A stretch of 64,000 nt of DNA from Eledone cirrhosa (GCA_964016885.1 OZ024755.1:28644001-28708000), one strand, 5' to 3'; shown: positions 23,660 through 36,419, counted from the stretch's first letter. Made by a program: numbers and translations. The notes: generated by a model not told the origin, from the sequence alone.

Positions 23660-23970
23660 TTTCATTTATTGGCCACAAGGGCCGATATATAGGGGACAAT
23701 ACAAAGACAGGGACAGTAAGTTTTTACAATAAAACCGAGTAAAACTACACAGTAACAAAAACAATTAACGAAAATATATAGAAATATAGAATATATAAAG
23801 CATATAACAAAATAAATTCCCCAATGGGGAGGGGGGCAATCACATAGGGGCGACACAGGTACACCACCAACACTCTTACACCCGACGTTCCTGGAAGGTG
23901 CGTGGATAGATTGTTGGGGTACAGGGAAATGAAAGGTACGGGTGTAGATTGTCGGGGCACTAAGGAATTC
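23660..23970 (-). mobile_element. L1/Tx1-like 3' UTR fragment
   Basis: Terminus TTTATTGGCCACAAGGGC...GGGGACAATACAAAG resembles 14200-14245. Confidence 0.4.
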
Positions 23971-24399
23971 TAAAGAATGATGTGGATTCCTAGTTTATTT
24001 TAATTACTAAACAAAATAAAATGAAATGAAATAAAATCCTGCTAAAGAAAACGTAGAAGAATCGATATTTGGAGCGATATGCCGGGAGGATATTGTTGTA
24101 AACTGACTGTTTAATAGCCCTACGGGTGAGATAGTGTGTTAATGTTGCTACTGTTGTTGTTGTTATTGCTGCTACAGAACGTACACATATTGTTGCTCTG
24201 TGAGTGTATTGATTTCTGTTGCTAGATCTTTCACTAAATATATAATATATGCTATTATTACACACACACACACACACACACATACATACATTTCTCATCC
24301 AATTACACTGCCACACACACCCACACACACATACACACATCCATCCATACATCCATACACACATACATACATACATACATACATACATACATACATAGT

Positions 24400-24935
24400 G
24401 TAGTGGTTGCCAACTCGTTTTCGAGTACGGCCACTACTTTATATCCAGGTAGGAGAACCCCTACCGATGCGCTGAACGAGTGTGACTTTTTAGTCCAGCC
24501 AGCGACTTGAACACTCTGGTACAAACACTACACTTGTGACAATCACTGACACATAGTGCTGGGCCCATGGTACCATGTGACAAGTGCAGAGAGATATCCA
24601 GATATAAAGCAATGCCTGTGGCGTGAAGCTTTTATAGTGAGCAAAGGCACTGCACAAAGCCAGTCCCACTCTCTTAACCAAGATGATATTTACCAAAAAG
24701 AAGAACAAGCCAACATCATTGGATACCATCAGGGTTGCAGGTGTTATATCAGAGTTTTCCTTCTCCTAGAATTCTGCCTTGACAAAGGCTAAGGGGTCAT
24801 CTCTCCCGGTGATTTTGGATGGCCATTGACTCTTAAGAGCTCATGGTCAGGTGGTTGGCGACTAAACTGGCAACCCTACCAATGTTTTTTGGTGAGGAGG
24901 GTGATTTTGGACATCCTGCAGGACTAAAAACAAAA
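24400..24935 (+). mobile_element. Interspersed repeat inserted in (CATA)n
   Basis: (CATA)n on both sides; 24840-24935 matches 17350-17445 in reverse. Confidence 0.6.
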
Positions 24936-24942
24936 CATACAT

Positions 24943-25012
<70 letters not shown>

Positions 25013-25243
25013 TTTTTTTTATTTCAGGTATTAATTATATATATATATATGTATATATATCCTTCCTTCTTATACTCCTCCCCCACCACCCTTTATTTTT
25101 CTCCTTCCTCTTCCTTACATTTTCCTAACCCCCCCCCCTCATTTTTCCCAATCTCATATATCCATCTTACTTTATTTTTTCATATGTTGATTTAAAACTT
25201 CACTGCTCACAAGTGTTTTTTAAGCTTCATATCATGTCTCCCC

Positions 25244-25314
25244 TATTTTATCTGATGAAAACGCAGATATCATCCCATGATGATATTTGTTTTTGAAATT
25301 CGCATAATAAAATA
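25244..25314 (+). ncRNA. Minimal type I hammerhead with long stem II
   Basis: TATTTTAT-CTGATGA-AAACGCAGATATCATC CCAT GATGATATTTGTTTTT-GAAA-TTCGCA-TA-ATAAAATA; perfect 8-bp stem I. Confidence 0.8.
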
Positions 25315-25367
25315 CTTGGAACTCTTTTAACCATCTTTTGATCTTATATTATATGTATATATATAAT

Positions 25368-25480
25368 GAGTTCAAATCCCGCCGAGGTTAACTTTGCCTT
25401 TCATCCTTACGGGGTCGATAAAATAAAGTACCAGTAATGTACTGGGTAATTACTGGCCTTGTGCCAAAAGTAGAAACAAT
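25368..25480 (+). mobile_element. 5'-truncated SINE family A with ~20-bp TSD
   Basis: ATTATATGTATATATATAAT on both sides. Confidence 0.9.
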
Positions 25481-25573
25481 TATATGTATATATATAATAG
25501 CTGAAATAAACAAAACACAGGAGGCAATTTTAACCAGTTATATTAGATTCAAGCTTGGAGTAAGTGGATGAGG

Positions 25574-25609
25574 TTTCAACGTTTCGGACAGAAGTCCTTC
25601 TTCGGGAAA
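25574..25609 (-). ncRNA. Minimal hammerhead (U4C core variant)
   Basis: TTTC-CCGAAGA-A GGAC TTCT GTCC-GAAA-CG-TT-GAAA; palindromic AACGTT in place of stem III. Confidence 0.65.
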
Positions 25610-26639
25610 GTTTGGATAAGAGAGAATAGATAGACGTATGAATAGTGTGGGAAGGTTAGGGAAGGAATTTAAAAAAGGGTGATAGGGAAGTGGGTGAAAG
25701 CTTCAGACTTGGGGGTGAGGGTAGAGTGCCTGGGTGTGGTTGTGTATGTGTGTGTACTCAAGGGAGCGAAGTGTTAGATGTGCGTGGTATCGGTCTATGT
25801 ATGTGGGTGTGTCGACGAGTCTGGTATGTGTGCGTGTATGTCTCTGAGGCTTTTAGTTTTTCTTGTGTGTGTGTGTGTGTGTGTATGTGCGAAGTGTTTT
25901 CTGTAATTTATATGTATGTGAGTTTGTACGCTTTTGTGTGTCGGAAGATTGTATGTATGTTGTATACATATAAAATTGAAAAGGCTCATCGCTAGACTCC
26001 GTCCTCTGAGGCCTTTTTGCCCATCGCTGTCTTTGGCAGCATTTATCTGTTTTAACGGCTGTTCTAGCGATGAGTTAAACCAAATACACCACCGCGTCAT
26101 CTTGATCAGAGACAACATTGTTTTAACCTTATCACAGCTATAATTAGCTTTCTATTTAGGACAGACACCAGAGCTTGAGGCCCACTATCCCATTGTTTTC
26201 CTTCGTCCAAGGATCTGTGCTGTTTGTTTCATCACACTCACACCATACCAACAGAAAGATCTGTTTTTCTGTTGCACGATCCAACGTTTTAAAATGGTGC
26301 TCTCAATTAAATCGTACAAAACCGTTTTGCTTGTTTGAGAGCTGATGAGAGTGAAGATATGTGTGTTTGTACATCGCCTTTCTTTATTTCCTTCTTCCAC
26401 TCAATTCTGTGCGTCATTGCAATCTCCTTGTCCTCCTCTTCTTTCAATCTTTGCTATATTCCATCTGCATGTCATCCACCTTGTGGAGTGTCTCTCTGTT
26501 GACCACTGGCCGCTGGTCTATGTCCTCTGCGGCATTGTTGTCCATCACTGTCTTTGACAGCATTTAACTGTTTTAACAGATCTTCTAGCAATGAGATTTT
26601 TCATTTTTCTATGTATTCAATACATATACACATATAAAT

Positions 26640-26960
26640 TTGTTTTGTAAGGTTTTTGATATGAAATCGTGGGTCGAAACAAATATTGTTATACTTGGGG
26701 AGGGACATATTGTTGTAATAATATTGCCAGAAATGATAACAGAACACACTCACTGTTTGGTTGGTTTTCGCTTCTGTATCTTTTATATCTCCATAGTTAC
26801 TTTATTTGGCAATCAACGTTTATCATTGATTGATCGACGGTTAAAAATACAGATATAAATATATATATATAGTCTATCAAAGTTCTTTCGTTGCGCATCT
26901 GCAACATCATCAGTGGTACTATTATGTTACCTCCTGTTGTATTGTATGTCTACGCCATTT
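26640..26960 (-). mobile_element. Penelope-like pLTR fragment
   Basis: Homologous to 51000-51330 and 60205-60262; contains a hammerhead. Confidence 0.65.
26875..26918 (-). ncRNA. Minimal hammerhead motif
   Basis: TACCA-CTGATGA-T GTTGC AGATGC GCAAC-GAAA-GAAC-TT-TGATA. Confidence 0.65.
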
Positions 26961-26997
26961 TTATTTAAAAAAGACTCCCATGGGAAGATGGAATTGA

Positions 26998-27162
26998 TGG
27001 ACCAGAGCCATACGGACAACCCAAAACAATGATCAGGTGAGAAAAATGGTCGCACATGCAATAGGGGCTTGTATTAAAACAACCCTAAAGGGCCATATGT
27101 TTAAATTTAATGAAAAGATCTATACCCAGAATGAGGGAGCAACCATTGGCGCCAGCATATAA
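26998..27162 (+). pseudogene. Penelope-like element reverse transcriptase fragment
   Basis: WTRAIRTTQNNDQVRKMVAHAIGACIKTTLKGHMFKFNEKIYTQNEGATIGASI*: the F-F---Y-Q--G--(I/M)G motif of PLE RTs; ends at a (TA)n tract. Confidence 0.75.
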
Positions 27163-27175
27163 TTCTATATGCATA

Positions 27176-27210
<35 letters not shown>

Positions 27211-27259
27211 AGGAAGTTATAGTTCACTTGAAGCATTGTGTAATGAGGTATAAACGTTC

Positions 27260-27642
27260 GTATATGTATAATAAAGCCCAAACAATGCAGGTATGGACAT
27301 AGAATAAAGAATGCAAATGCAAAAGATATTGTTGACAATTAGTCTTTTACCTTAGATTTATTTAAATGTCCTTAATTTTCGAGATAATATCTCTTCTTCG
27401 GAGGGAAGTAAAGCGGTTAAACCAGTGTTCTAAATAGCTTGCCAACTCAGCATGACTTGGCAAGCTATTTAGAACACTGGTTTAACCGCTTTACTTCCCT
27501 CCGAAGAAGAGATATTATCTCGAACATTAAGGACATTTAAATAAATCTAATGTAAAAGACTAATTGTCAACAATATCTTTTGCATTTGCATTCTTTATTC
27601 TATGTCCATACCTACATTGTTTTGGCTTTATTATACATATAC
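27260..27642. repeat. Long palindrome (~186-bp arms, 11-bp loop) with a hammerhead-like motif in each arm
   Basis: Centre ...AGCTTGCCAA CTCAGCATGAC TTGGCAAGCT...; CCT-CCGAAGA-A GAGAT ATT ATCTC-GAA(A/C)-ATTA-AGG. Confidence 0.9.
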
Positions 27643-27816
27643 AAACATATACATATATATATAAATATAATAAATATCAAGATGGTTGGATAACAACCAT
27701 GAGCTTGGTGATCCAGTCGGATCAGTCGGAGACGGCTGCTTCTGGCAGGACCCGCTGGAATAATATTTGACGACTGTCCCCTCGAACCTCCCAAGAATAA
27801 ACAGACGACGACGAAG

Positions 27817-27893
<77 letters not shown>

Positions 27894-27977
27894 GTGTTTA
27901 TCCCGAGTTCAATCGGAGGTAACTGCAGTAAGTAAGGTGCTCAATACATAGCAGAGTATAAATATTTAATATAGAAA

Positions 27978-28029
27978 TGGCTTCTACAGGAATAGAACTG
28001 TTTCATTCTGCCGAAATCATCAAGAGCCA
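27978..28029 (-). ncRNA. Hammerhead motif of the 14.9-kb family, core C3 mutated
   Basis: TGGCTC-TTGATGA-TTTC GGCA GAAT-GAAA-CAG TTCTATTC CTG-TA-GAAGCCA. Confidence 0.6.
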
Positions 28030-28132
28030 GTATATGAATACGGAGCTTAGCCGTCGGGGTCCTTTCCTATTACCCACAATAGCGAGTACCCTGGTGCGTT
28101 ATGGTCCACCTGGTGTCTTACTATGCCTTTAT

Positions 28133-28251
28133 AAAGGATGATAGAAGCTGATGATGACACTTAAAATTTTATCGAAGTCAAATAAATAGCATCTATGTGT
28201 TAAAAAATAAAATATAACAGTTTTTTTTACAATTATCATATTTCAATAATC

Positions 28252-28331
<80 letters not shown>

Positions 28332-28450
28332 TTGATTATTGAAATATGATAATTGTAAAAAACTGTTACATTTTATTTTGTAACACATAGATGCTATTTA
28401 TTTGACTTCGATAAAATGTTAACTGTCATCATCAGCTTCTATCATCCTTT
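28133..28450. repeat. ~120-bp inverted repeat around a (TA)n tract
   Basis: Arms 28133-28253 and 28332-28450; each carries a CTGATGA...TATCGAAG decayed hammerhead-like motif. Confidence 0.9.
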
Positions 28451-29559
28451 GTGTGGGAAATCTAACTCTGTACAAGGATCTCTTGCAATTAGTCCAGAAT
28501 TGATCTGCCACAATCAATTGCTGTCCATAATTAAACCCAGAATCTTATCTTCTTTATCATTGGCTGCTAGGAATTCAGAAAAAAAAAACAATATTTGACA
28601 AGTTTATTTTCTATTTTGAAACCCATTATGATATTTCAAGTGTATTTCAACATAATACAGTCGATATATGATTATATTTTAACTTGTGGGTTTCATTGAT
28701 AGAAGCAATATGAAGACTTATATAAATGTACAGCCATGTTTCTATTATTTTGTTAAAGTCAAATCTGTTGTACCTTTAAATGGTGCCTGCTGACAATCAT
28801 GAATTGTACTTGTTCGAAATGTTGCTATTTTAATTATAGATGAAGATGTGGGAAAGTAACATTTTCAATTACATTTTTTTAACAAAGGCACTGATTAATA
28901 CCGGGAAACGGAACCAAATTTTTGGCTAGTTTCATGAGTAATTTAGCACCTCACCACGGGGCCGACAACAGACTGAGAAATAATATTTTCTTAATAAAGC
29001 ATAAAGTCTCACGTTGATAAGTAAAGGCGGTTTTACAATCTCACCGCACCAGTGACATAAAAAGAAAGATTCAACAGTGAAGTTGAAATCATGCTGTGGT
29101 CGCAGTTTGTTGATATTTTATATCAGCACTCTGATAGTCGTTAGTGTAAATCTTTACAGTATGGCAACAGTAATTTTCAAGCATACCATTTAATCATTAC
29201 TCAGTATCCTGGTCTCATGTCATAGGAATCATTATTGTAAAATTATTGAACACAACTATTTTTTTTCTTCTACAGTTACTATATAAACACTTCTTTAGTC
29301 ATTCATCTATCATTAATACGATGAAACTTAAATGATCGAAAAATGCCGTTGACCTCACGTACATGTGAAAATTATTGAAGTAATATTAATCAGTAACCAT
29401 TTTTATTTATTCTCGCTGCACCATTAATTTCAGTTAGATTTTTATGAAACCCCACATTAAATATTTTATCGCTACTTTAACTGATATACTCATATTTGTT
29501 CTGCCTTGTAACTAGCTCCTTGTTTTGCTGAAAGGTTTTAGTCAAATGTTGCGTGGCAA

Positions 29560-30200
29560 ATATATTATAACATGAAATACATATATTATAGCATAAAATA
29601 CATATATTATACCATAAAATACATATATTATAGCATAAAATACATATATTATACCATAAACTACATATATTATAGCATAAAATACACATATTATAGCATA
29701 AAATACATATATTATACCATAAAATACATATATTATAGCATAAAATACACATATTATACCATAAAATACATATATTATGTCATAAAATACACATATTATA
29801 CCATAAAATACATATATTATAGCATAAAATACACATATTATACCATAAAATACATATATTATACCATAAAATACACATATTATACCATAAAATACATATA
29901 TTATAGCATAAAATACATATATTATACCTTAAAATACATATTATACCATAAAATACATATATTATAGCATAAAATACATATATTATACCATAAAATACAT
30001 ATATTATACCATAAAATACATATATTATACCTTAAAATACATATATTATAGCAAAGAATACATATAATATAACATAAAATACATATTTTATAACATAAAA
30101 TACATATATTATAGCATAAAATACATATATTATAACATGAAATACATATTTTATAGCATAAAATACATATATTATAACATGAAACATATATTATACCATA
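29560..30200. repeat. 21-bp minisatellite, ~30 copies
   Basis: Unit ATACATATATTATA(G/C)CATAAA. Confidence 0.95.
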
Positions 30201-31444
30201 AAAATTATAAACACGTCAGCAGTCACTCCACGCGGCAACCAAGAAACAAGGTAGCTGCAAGGTGTGTACACACACCGTCGAAAGGGTGTTGACTGATGAA
30301 ATTGGTGTTGTACTGAACTCTGTCATGCCGTACATTTGTGCGGTAATCGTCAGTAAAGCAATATGTTTTTGGCAAAGAGAAGACCCGAATCTCGTGCTGG
30401 ATGAAGGACATATGATGTTGCATTTTGAGGGAATCAGAATATTTATCACAGATATCTCACGCTCTCTTTTCCCCACGGTCCAACTTAAACTCGGCTGTAT
30501 TACAAAGATCTCCTAAATAAGTATACAGTTTTATACATAATTGAAGATTGCAAATGGGAAGTTAAGTGGAAGTCAAAGCCATGAAACCACATGAGGAATT
30601 TTACTTGCTGACAGGGATGTTGCATATGAATTGAAACATTTCTGTCAAATAAATGTTGACAGTTACCTGTACGGAATACTTTTAATAATATTACGTTCTC
30701 ATGGGTTAAAAAAGAGATTAAGTGTAACGCAAGTATATCTACATCACATTGTAAGTGAGACGTGTCACTTTTCTCAAACGAAAAATAAAAAGCACCTGGC
30801 ATATAAAAACGTGTTTATTTTTTATGTTTCACTAACCACAATGAAATATTACCCCCAAATCATACATCATATTATATAGGAGGAAACGAAATGCACTTTT
30901 GGCGTAATTTTACAAAGGAGTTTTACAAATCATATTTGAAAGAAAACTGCCATATACATTAAAAGTATTATGTAAAGAGTTTTTTTTTCCTCTTCATATC
31001 ATTTTAATGACCCGTAGTCTGGTATTATTAGTAATATTTATGAAATATTTTCAGAAAAAAAAATAGATTATTTCCTTCTTTTCTCGTTTTTTTTTCTGAT
31101 ATATTAGACGGATTTTCAGTTCATGTAGCCCTGTCCCCCCCCCCCCCATAAATACATTCCTGATACTTATGTTACTGGCACGCTCTGAATATGAACTCAT
31201 AACTTAAAGAGATGTAACTAAAATCCGCAAATTATTTTACATGGCATACTACCATTTCTGCCACTCCAATTTAATGTTCCTTTATGATAATCTATTTAGA
31301 AGACTGTTTTATACATTTATCAATGGTGTGATACGTTAGCAGACGTGTGATATGGTCTCAGTTGGAAAGCAACAATTTATTGGTGTGAATCTAATAAAAA
31401 AAAACAATAGTCGCTCCCATTAACGTCTACATCCTCCTCAACCA

Positions 31445-31478
<34 letters not shown>

Positions 31479-31627
31479 GTCGTCGTTGTTGTCGTCATCA
31501 TCGTCATCATCACCATCATGATGTCATCAACGTAATCATCAGCATCCTCATAAAGGCTACAACCACCGCCACCATTACTAACACCACCACTAATTCCACC
31601 ACTAATACCACCACGATCATCGTCATC

Positions 31628-32845
31628 AGGATGAAAGGCAAAGTCAACCTCGGCGGGATTTGAACTCAGACTTTAAAGGGACGTAACTATGCTAGAAAGC
31701 ATGGCGTCCGACCCTCTACCGATTCTGCCAATCCACCGCCCTTAGAGAAGAAATAACACATAGTTTCAAGGGAGGAAGATTTTGATGGGAGAAAAATATT
31801 AATGAAGGTCAAGGTTTTGTAGAGTAGGGGCAACCTACGGTAAAAGTGACAGGTAGCAATAGAAGTGAGGGTGTGACTGCCGCTACATACCTTCTGGCGA
31901 TATACAATTGTTTCTACGTTTGGCACAAGGCCAGCAATTATCCCAGTGCATTACTGGTGCTTTATTTTATCGACCCCCCCCCCCCCCCCGCGTAAGGATG
32001 AAAGGCAAAGTTATCCTCGGCAGGATTGAACTCAGACCGTAAAGGTACGCAACTCTGTGCTGCAAAGCATGACGTCCAACCCTCTAGCGATACTGCCAAT
32101 CCACCGCCCGAATGGAATGTTGTGGTGAATGAATAAAAAAAATGTGGGCGTGCGTCAGAGAGAGACGAATTTAAGACAGTTACTCCTTTTACATAATAAC
32201 GATGTTACAGGGTTTAGAAGTGAAGGGAATAAATGCAGAGATGAAATGGCGTTGAAGGGGTAGAGAAAATAGCAACGTGAGCCGTAATAGGAAATTATTC
32301 GGAAAGATATCAAACATAACTAGATTTTATCTTCCACGTCTAGTAACATATCGTTTGTTTCTCCTCGTATGTTTCCAGTCACCCTCCTCCTTTGTAAAGC
32401 TCATTATGCTCAGTATGTGAAGGTTTTTTTCTCTTCCCCTGGGAAGTCTACAGCTTATAAATAGTACATAAATGCTGAAACATCCAAAGCATCATAACAT
32501 TAAACCTTCCTAACGGAATACTATCCAACATGTAAAAATTGTCACTACCTATATAAAGAGTATATCTTTACAATGTTACTCTAATTACGAGTAACTATCA
32601 AAGATAAAAAGCATTAATCACTGTATTGCTGCGTGGTGTCACATTATTTAATGACCTTTCGGGCGGTGAATTGGCAGTATTGGTAGAGGGTCAGACATGC
32701 TTTCCAGCATAGTTACGGCCCTTTATGGTCTGGGTTCAAATCCCGCCGAGGTTAACTTCGCCTTTCATCCTTACGGGTCGATAAAATAATGTACCAGTAA
32801 TACACTGAGTAATTGCTGGCCTTGTGCCAAAAGTAGAAACAATTA
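31628..32845. mobile_element. Three SINE family A copies (31628-31742 minus, 31905-32108 minus, 32660-32845 plus)
   Basis: Consensus match; the last is flanked by ATTATTT(T)AATGACCTTTC. Confidence 0.88.
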
Positions 32846-33689
32846 TTTAATGACCTTTCATGGGGATCTCCTTTACATCACATTGATGAAACGACACAAA
32901 AGGATAGACAGTTTTGACCCCTAATGAGGAGCTGGTACAGCCAGGCGTGTGCCTCACATTAAATCGGTATATGTATTTGATTGATAAGATCATTCTTCTT
33001 ATAGTAAGGTGTTAGATGTTAGTATGCTACGACACCAAGAGAGGAAGTTACAATTTCATACTCTAATGAAATCGTTTGTATTCCACCGATATCTTTATAT
33101 CTGAATTACCCAAAACATTTAGTTTAAAACACGAGTTCAGATTGACAGAATAACTAATTAAAATAGTCTCAATGTCATACCAGATAACAGTTTCTTCGAT
33201 CAATTAATTTTTTTATAAATCAACAAGGAGGAGACTAGGAAATGTAATTTCCGATAAATATTCATGAAATATCGCTGTCATCTCTAATCTAGAAATGAAA
33301 TACTGTTTCACAAATTCTTTATTCCACATCATTTTCTAATTATTATTAATGAATTCCAAGAGTGGACGAACCATTAACCAGCTGGAAAATATGATTTGCG
33401 GCATATGTAACAACTTTTTACTTTCTAAGTTCCAAATCGACTGAGCTTAACATTCCGTTTCATCCCTTCGAGGGTGATAAAATAATGTACCATTCAAATA
33501 TATGAGTCGATCTAAGGCAACTGTTCTCTTTCCCTCGAAATTGCTGTCCTTGTGCCTAAAGGAGAAAACATTAATAATGAAATCATGAATTTCACCTGTA
33601 TTTCCGAGCAGTACATTGACAACAATCCTGAGCATACATGACTTACCATCTTCATTTATTTAGATATATTCTATATATCATAAGAAGGT

Positions 33690-34177
33690 ATGTGTACATG
33701 TTTGGATCAAGTTTGGCGCTCAAATATTTCCAATCACATCAAGATCAAACTCTTCCAAGCAAGAATTCAAACAATCTTGCTATATGGAAGTGAAACATGG
33801 ACGCTTTCATCCAAACAACAAAAGCACCTTGATGGCACATACACTCGCCTGCTTCAACGCATTCAGAACATAAGCTGGCGACATGTGATTTTGAGAGAGA
33901 TATATGCCGGCCTCCCACGCATATCTGTCGTTGTATGTAAAAGAAGAGTAAGATTTGCTGACCACTGCCATCTTGCCACCTCTGAGGCTGTGTCCCCCTT
34001 AGCGCTTTGAAAATCACAAGCAGTCACTAATAACAGAGGACGCAAGCTTTCCTATCCCGATGTCATCTCCAGAGATTCTGGAATTGAAATCCAGGATTGG
34101 CAACGGCAATGAACGACAGAACCACGTGGAGTTCAATTGTTGAGTCCATTTCGGCTGAGGCCGCTGGATGATGATGT
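33690..34177 (+). mobile_element. RTE-like LINE 3' fragment
   Basis: KIKLFQARIQTILLYGSETWTL...LDGTYTRLL...RFADHC: RTE signature; (GAT)n tail. Confidence 0.9.
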
Positions 34178-34768
34178 TATGCACAAGAAAGCATTTCCAT
34201 TACTAATGAGCTGCAAATCTCTATACTTCTTTTGTCCTAATGTTGAAATCATCAGCTAACAATAGCTAGATATTTTTTTAATAATATATCATATACTAAT
34301 ATTATATCGTTAACAATAGGTAATTGTTTTGATAGGCAGAACATTGATACTCCTTGGATCTATAAAATGGCGTTTCTACTGAGCTAATTTCCTACAATAG
34401 AACCACACAATTTTCTACAAACCTTTACACAGCAACCACCGTAATTATTGCTAGAGAAGTATCATCGTTTCTCTAGTCATTGTTATTTTTAACTTCATTT
34501 CCATATCCAATGGATGCAACACAATTAGATAGAAAAACATTTGGAGATAACACCGAATTCTAGATAGTTTGCCAAGCAAAATGAATGATTGTGGAGGTTT
34601 TGTTAATATCAAATAGATATTACCGCACAACTGCAATCATACTTCTATGATGTCTTTGCTGAATCCATGTCCCTTTTCTTCCACGGCTAGCACCATTACA
34701 AATAGAGTACACATCAGAACTTCCTTATTCTGATAAATCACTGAAACCAAGTAATCGGTATTAGACAA

Positions 34769-34834
<66 letters not shown>

Positions 34835-34837
<3 letters not shown>

Positions 34838-35079
34838 AAGTTATATTTAAAATTGTTGGGTTACAACTAGTAAATATTTATAACTGATATAAAAGCACTC
34901 GACAAATATTTGGAGTATATTTACAAACGGTATGTCGAATATATTTATTTATATATTTATCTATAAAACTGTTTATATTGTATTTTGTCTGATGAAGGCA
35001 TAGCATATTGTTAATATGATATCCCCGAAATATATATAATGAAATAAATATGGTTTTATAAATATAGTTTTCCATTTAT

Positions 35080-35088
<9 letters not shown>
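34835..35088 (+). mobile_element. Penelope-like pLTR fragment between (TA)n tracts
   Basis: Homologous to 15095-15406 and 47715-47845; contains a hammerhead. Confidence 0.65.
34981..35046 (+). ncRNA. Minimal hammerhead motif
   Basis: TATTTTGT-CTGATGA-AGGCATAGCATATT GTT AATATGATATCCCC-GAAA-TATATA-TA-ATGAAATA. Confidence 0.65.
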
Positions 35089-35139
<51 letters not shown>

Positions 35140-36419
35140 GTGCAGAGAGGGAGAGAGAGGGGGGAGAGAAAGAGAGACATATCTGTGTGAGATTGACGGT
35201 TGAGAGAAAAGAGTTCTCAATACCGAAATAGATTTAGATATTAATTTTACTAACGCTAAACAGTGAGTCTGGTTATTGTTAAATTTGGCCTCTTTATATA
35301 TATATATCATAAACCATGTCTATAGAATCACCAGATAAAATATATACCATTTCCTCTCCCAATTAGCATAATCAACTATATAAAAAATCGAATAGACTAG
35401 GCTATAAGAATAAGGCTTCTATGAAGAAATCTCCAACAAATAACCGAAAGTAGCCCTTTGCGTCGGCTGCGACGGAATATTTATCGAATATTTCGACAGC
35501 GTAATCGCCCAGATACAGTCAATTAAACAGAATTAGGTGTAAAATAAACTAGGAGAAAAGAGGTGTGTGTGTGTGTGTGAGTATGTCTGTGTGTACAAGT
35601 GTGTGTACAAGTGTGAGAAGCTCAAATGCAGAAATAAATGTAAAAAATGATACCTGGTATAAATAAATAACCATAGCATAGAATTTCGGGTAAAATACCA
35701 TGATGACGGAAGAATATGATCAATTGCAGCCAGCGAAAGAAAAGCCTAATACAAACAGCAGCAGGCAGCCAAGAAAGAAGAGGGAGATGTTAGAAAGTAG
35801 AGATAGAAAAGCAGACAGATATAGGAATAGAAAAAGAAATGTGTCGCAACTTCATCAGCTTCCAGTTGTCCGAAAGGTTTCGTGTGGTAATTAAGCAGCG
35901 TTGATTTTAAGATAACCCGCACATAAGAACATGAGTATATCTGTTGGCATGACGGGAGAAATAAAAGCATATCCATTCGGAGACATTTTCCATTGATAAA
36001 CGGTTAGTCTTCTTTATGAAAAGAATAGCGGCAGAGGGTTTAACAGCGGAAATAACAGAGGTAGTGTGCAGCCGTGAGACCATAGGTGTAAAGGAGGGAG
36101 AGGAAAAAAGTACAAAGAGAAGGGAAATAGTTTGAAGCCCTTGGATTGCTTTACTTCTATTTAATAGCCGATTCATGGCTCGATTACACCTAAACCTGAT
36201 TACATCAGTCAGATTTAGTAATGCTGAAAATAATGTGAACTAGAAGAAATAGAAAAATAAAACCTATAAACATTTCAGAAACACTAAATATCTGGACAAT
36301 CATTTCTTGAACATAGTAAATTAAATATAATAAATTCCATCACATAAATAAACATGATGAAATGATAGTGTCTAAATACTATCTTTGATTCTAGTCTACA
36401 GTAAAATAGTAGCGAATAT

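Noticed and set aside
25990-26580. Possible LINE ORF remnant on the minus strand with an internal duplication (CCATC.CTGTCTTTG.CAGCATTTA twice)
   Set aside because: Too degenerate to assign to a clade by eye.
29477-29967. ORFs with 7-aa repeats
   Set aside because: Translation of the 21-bp AT-rich minisatellite.
35840-35885. Minus-strand GAAA...CTGATGA (type II hammerhead order)
   Set aside because: No UH cleavage site after stem III and no stem I.
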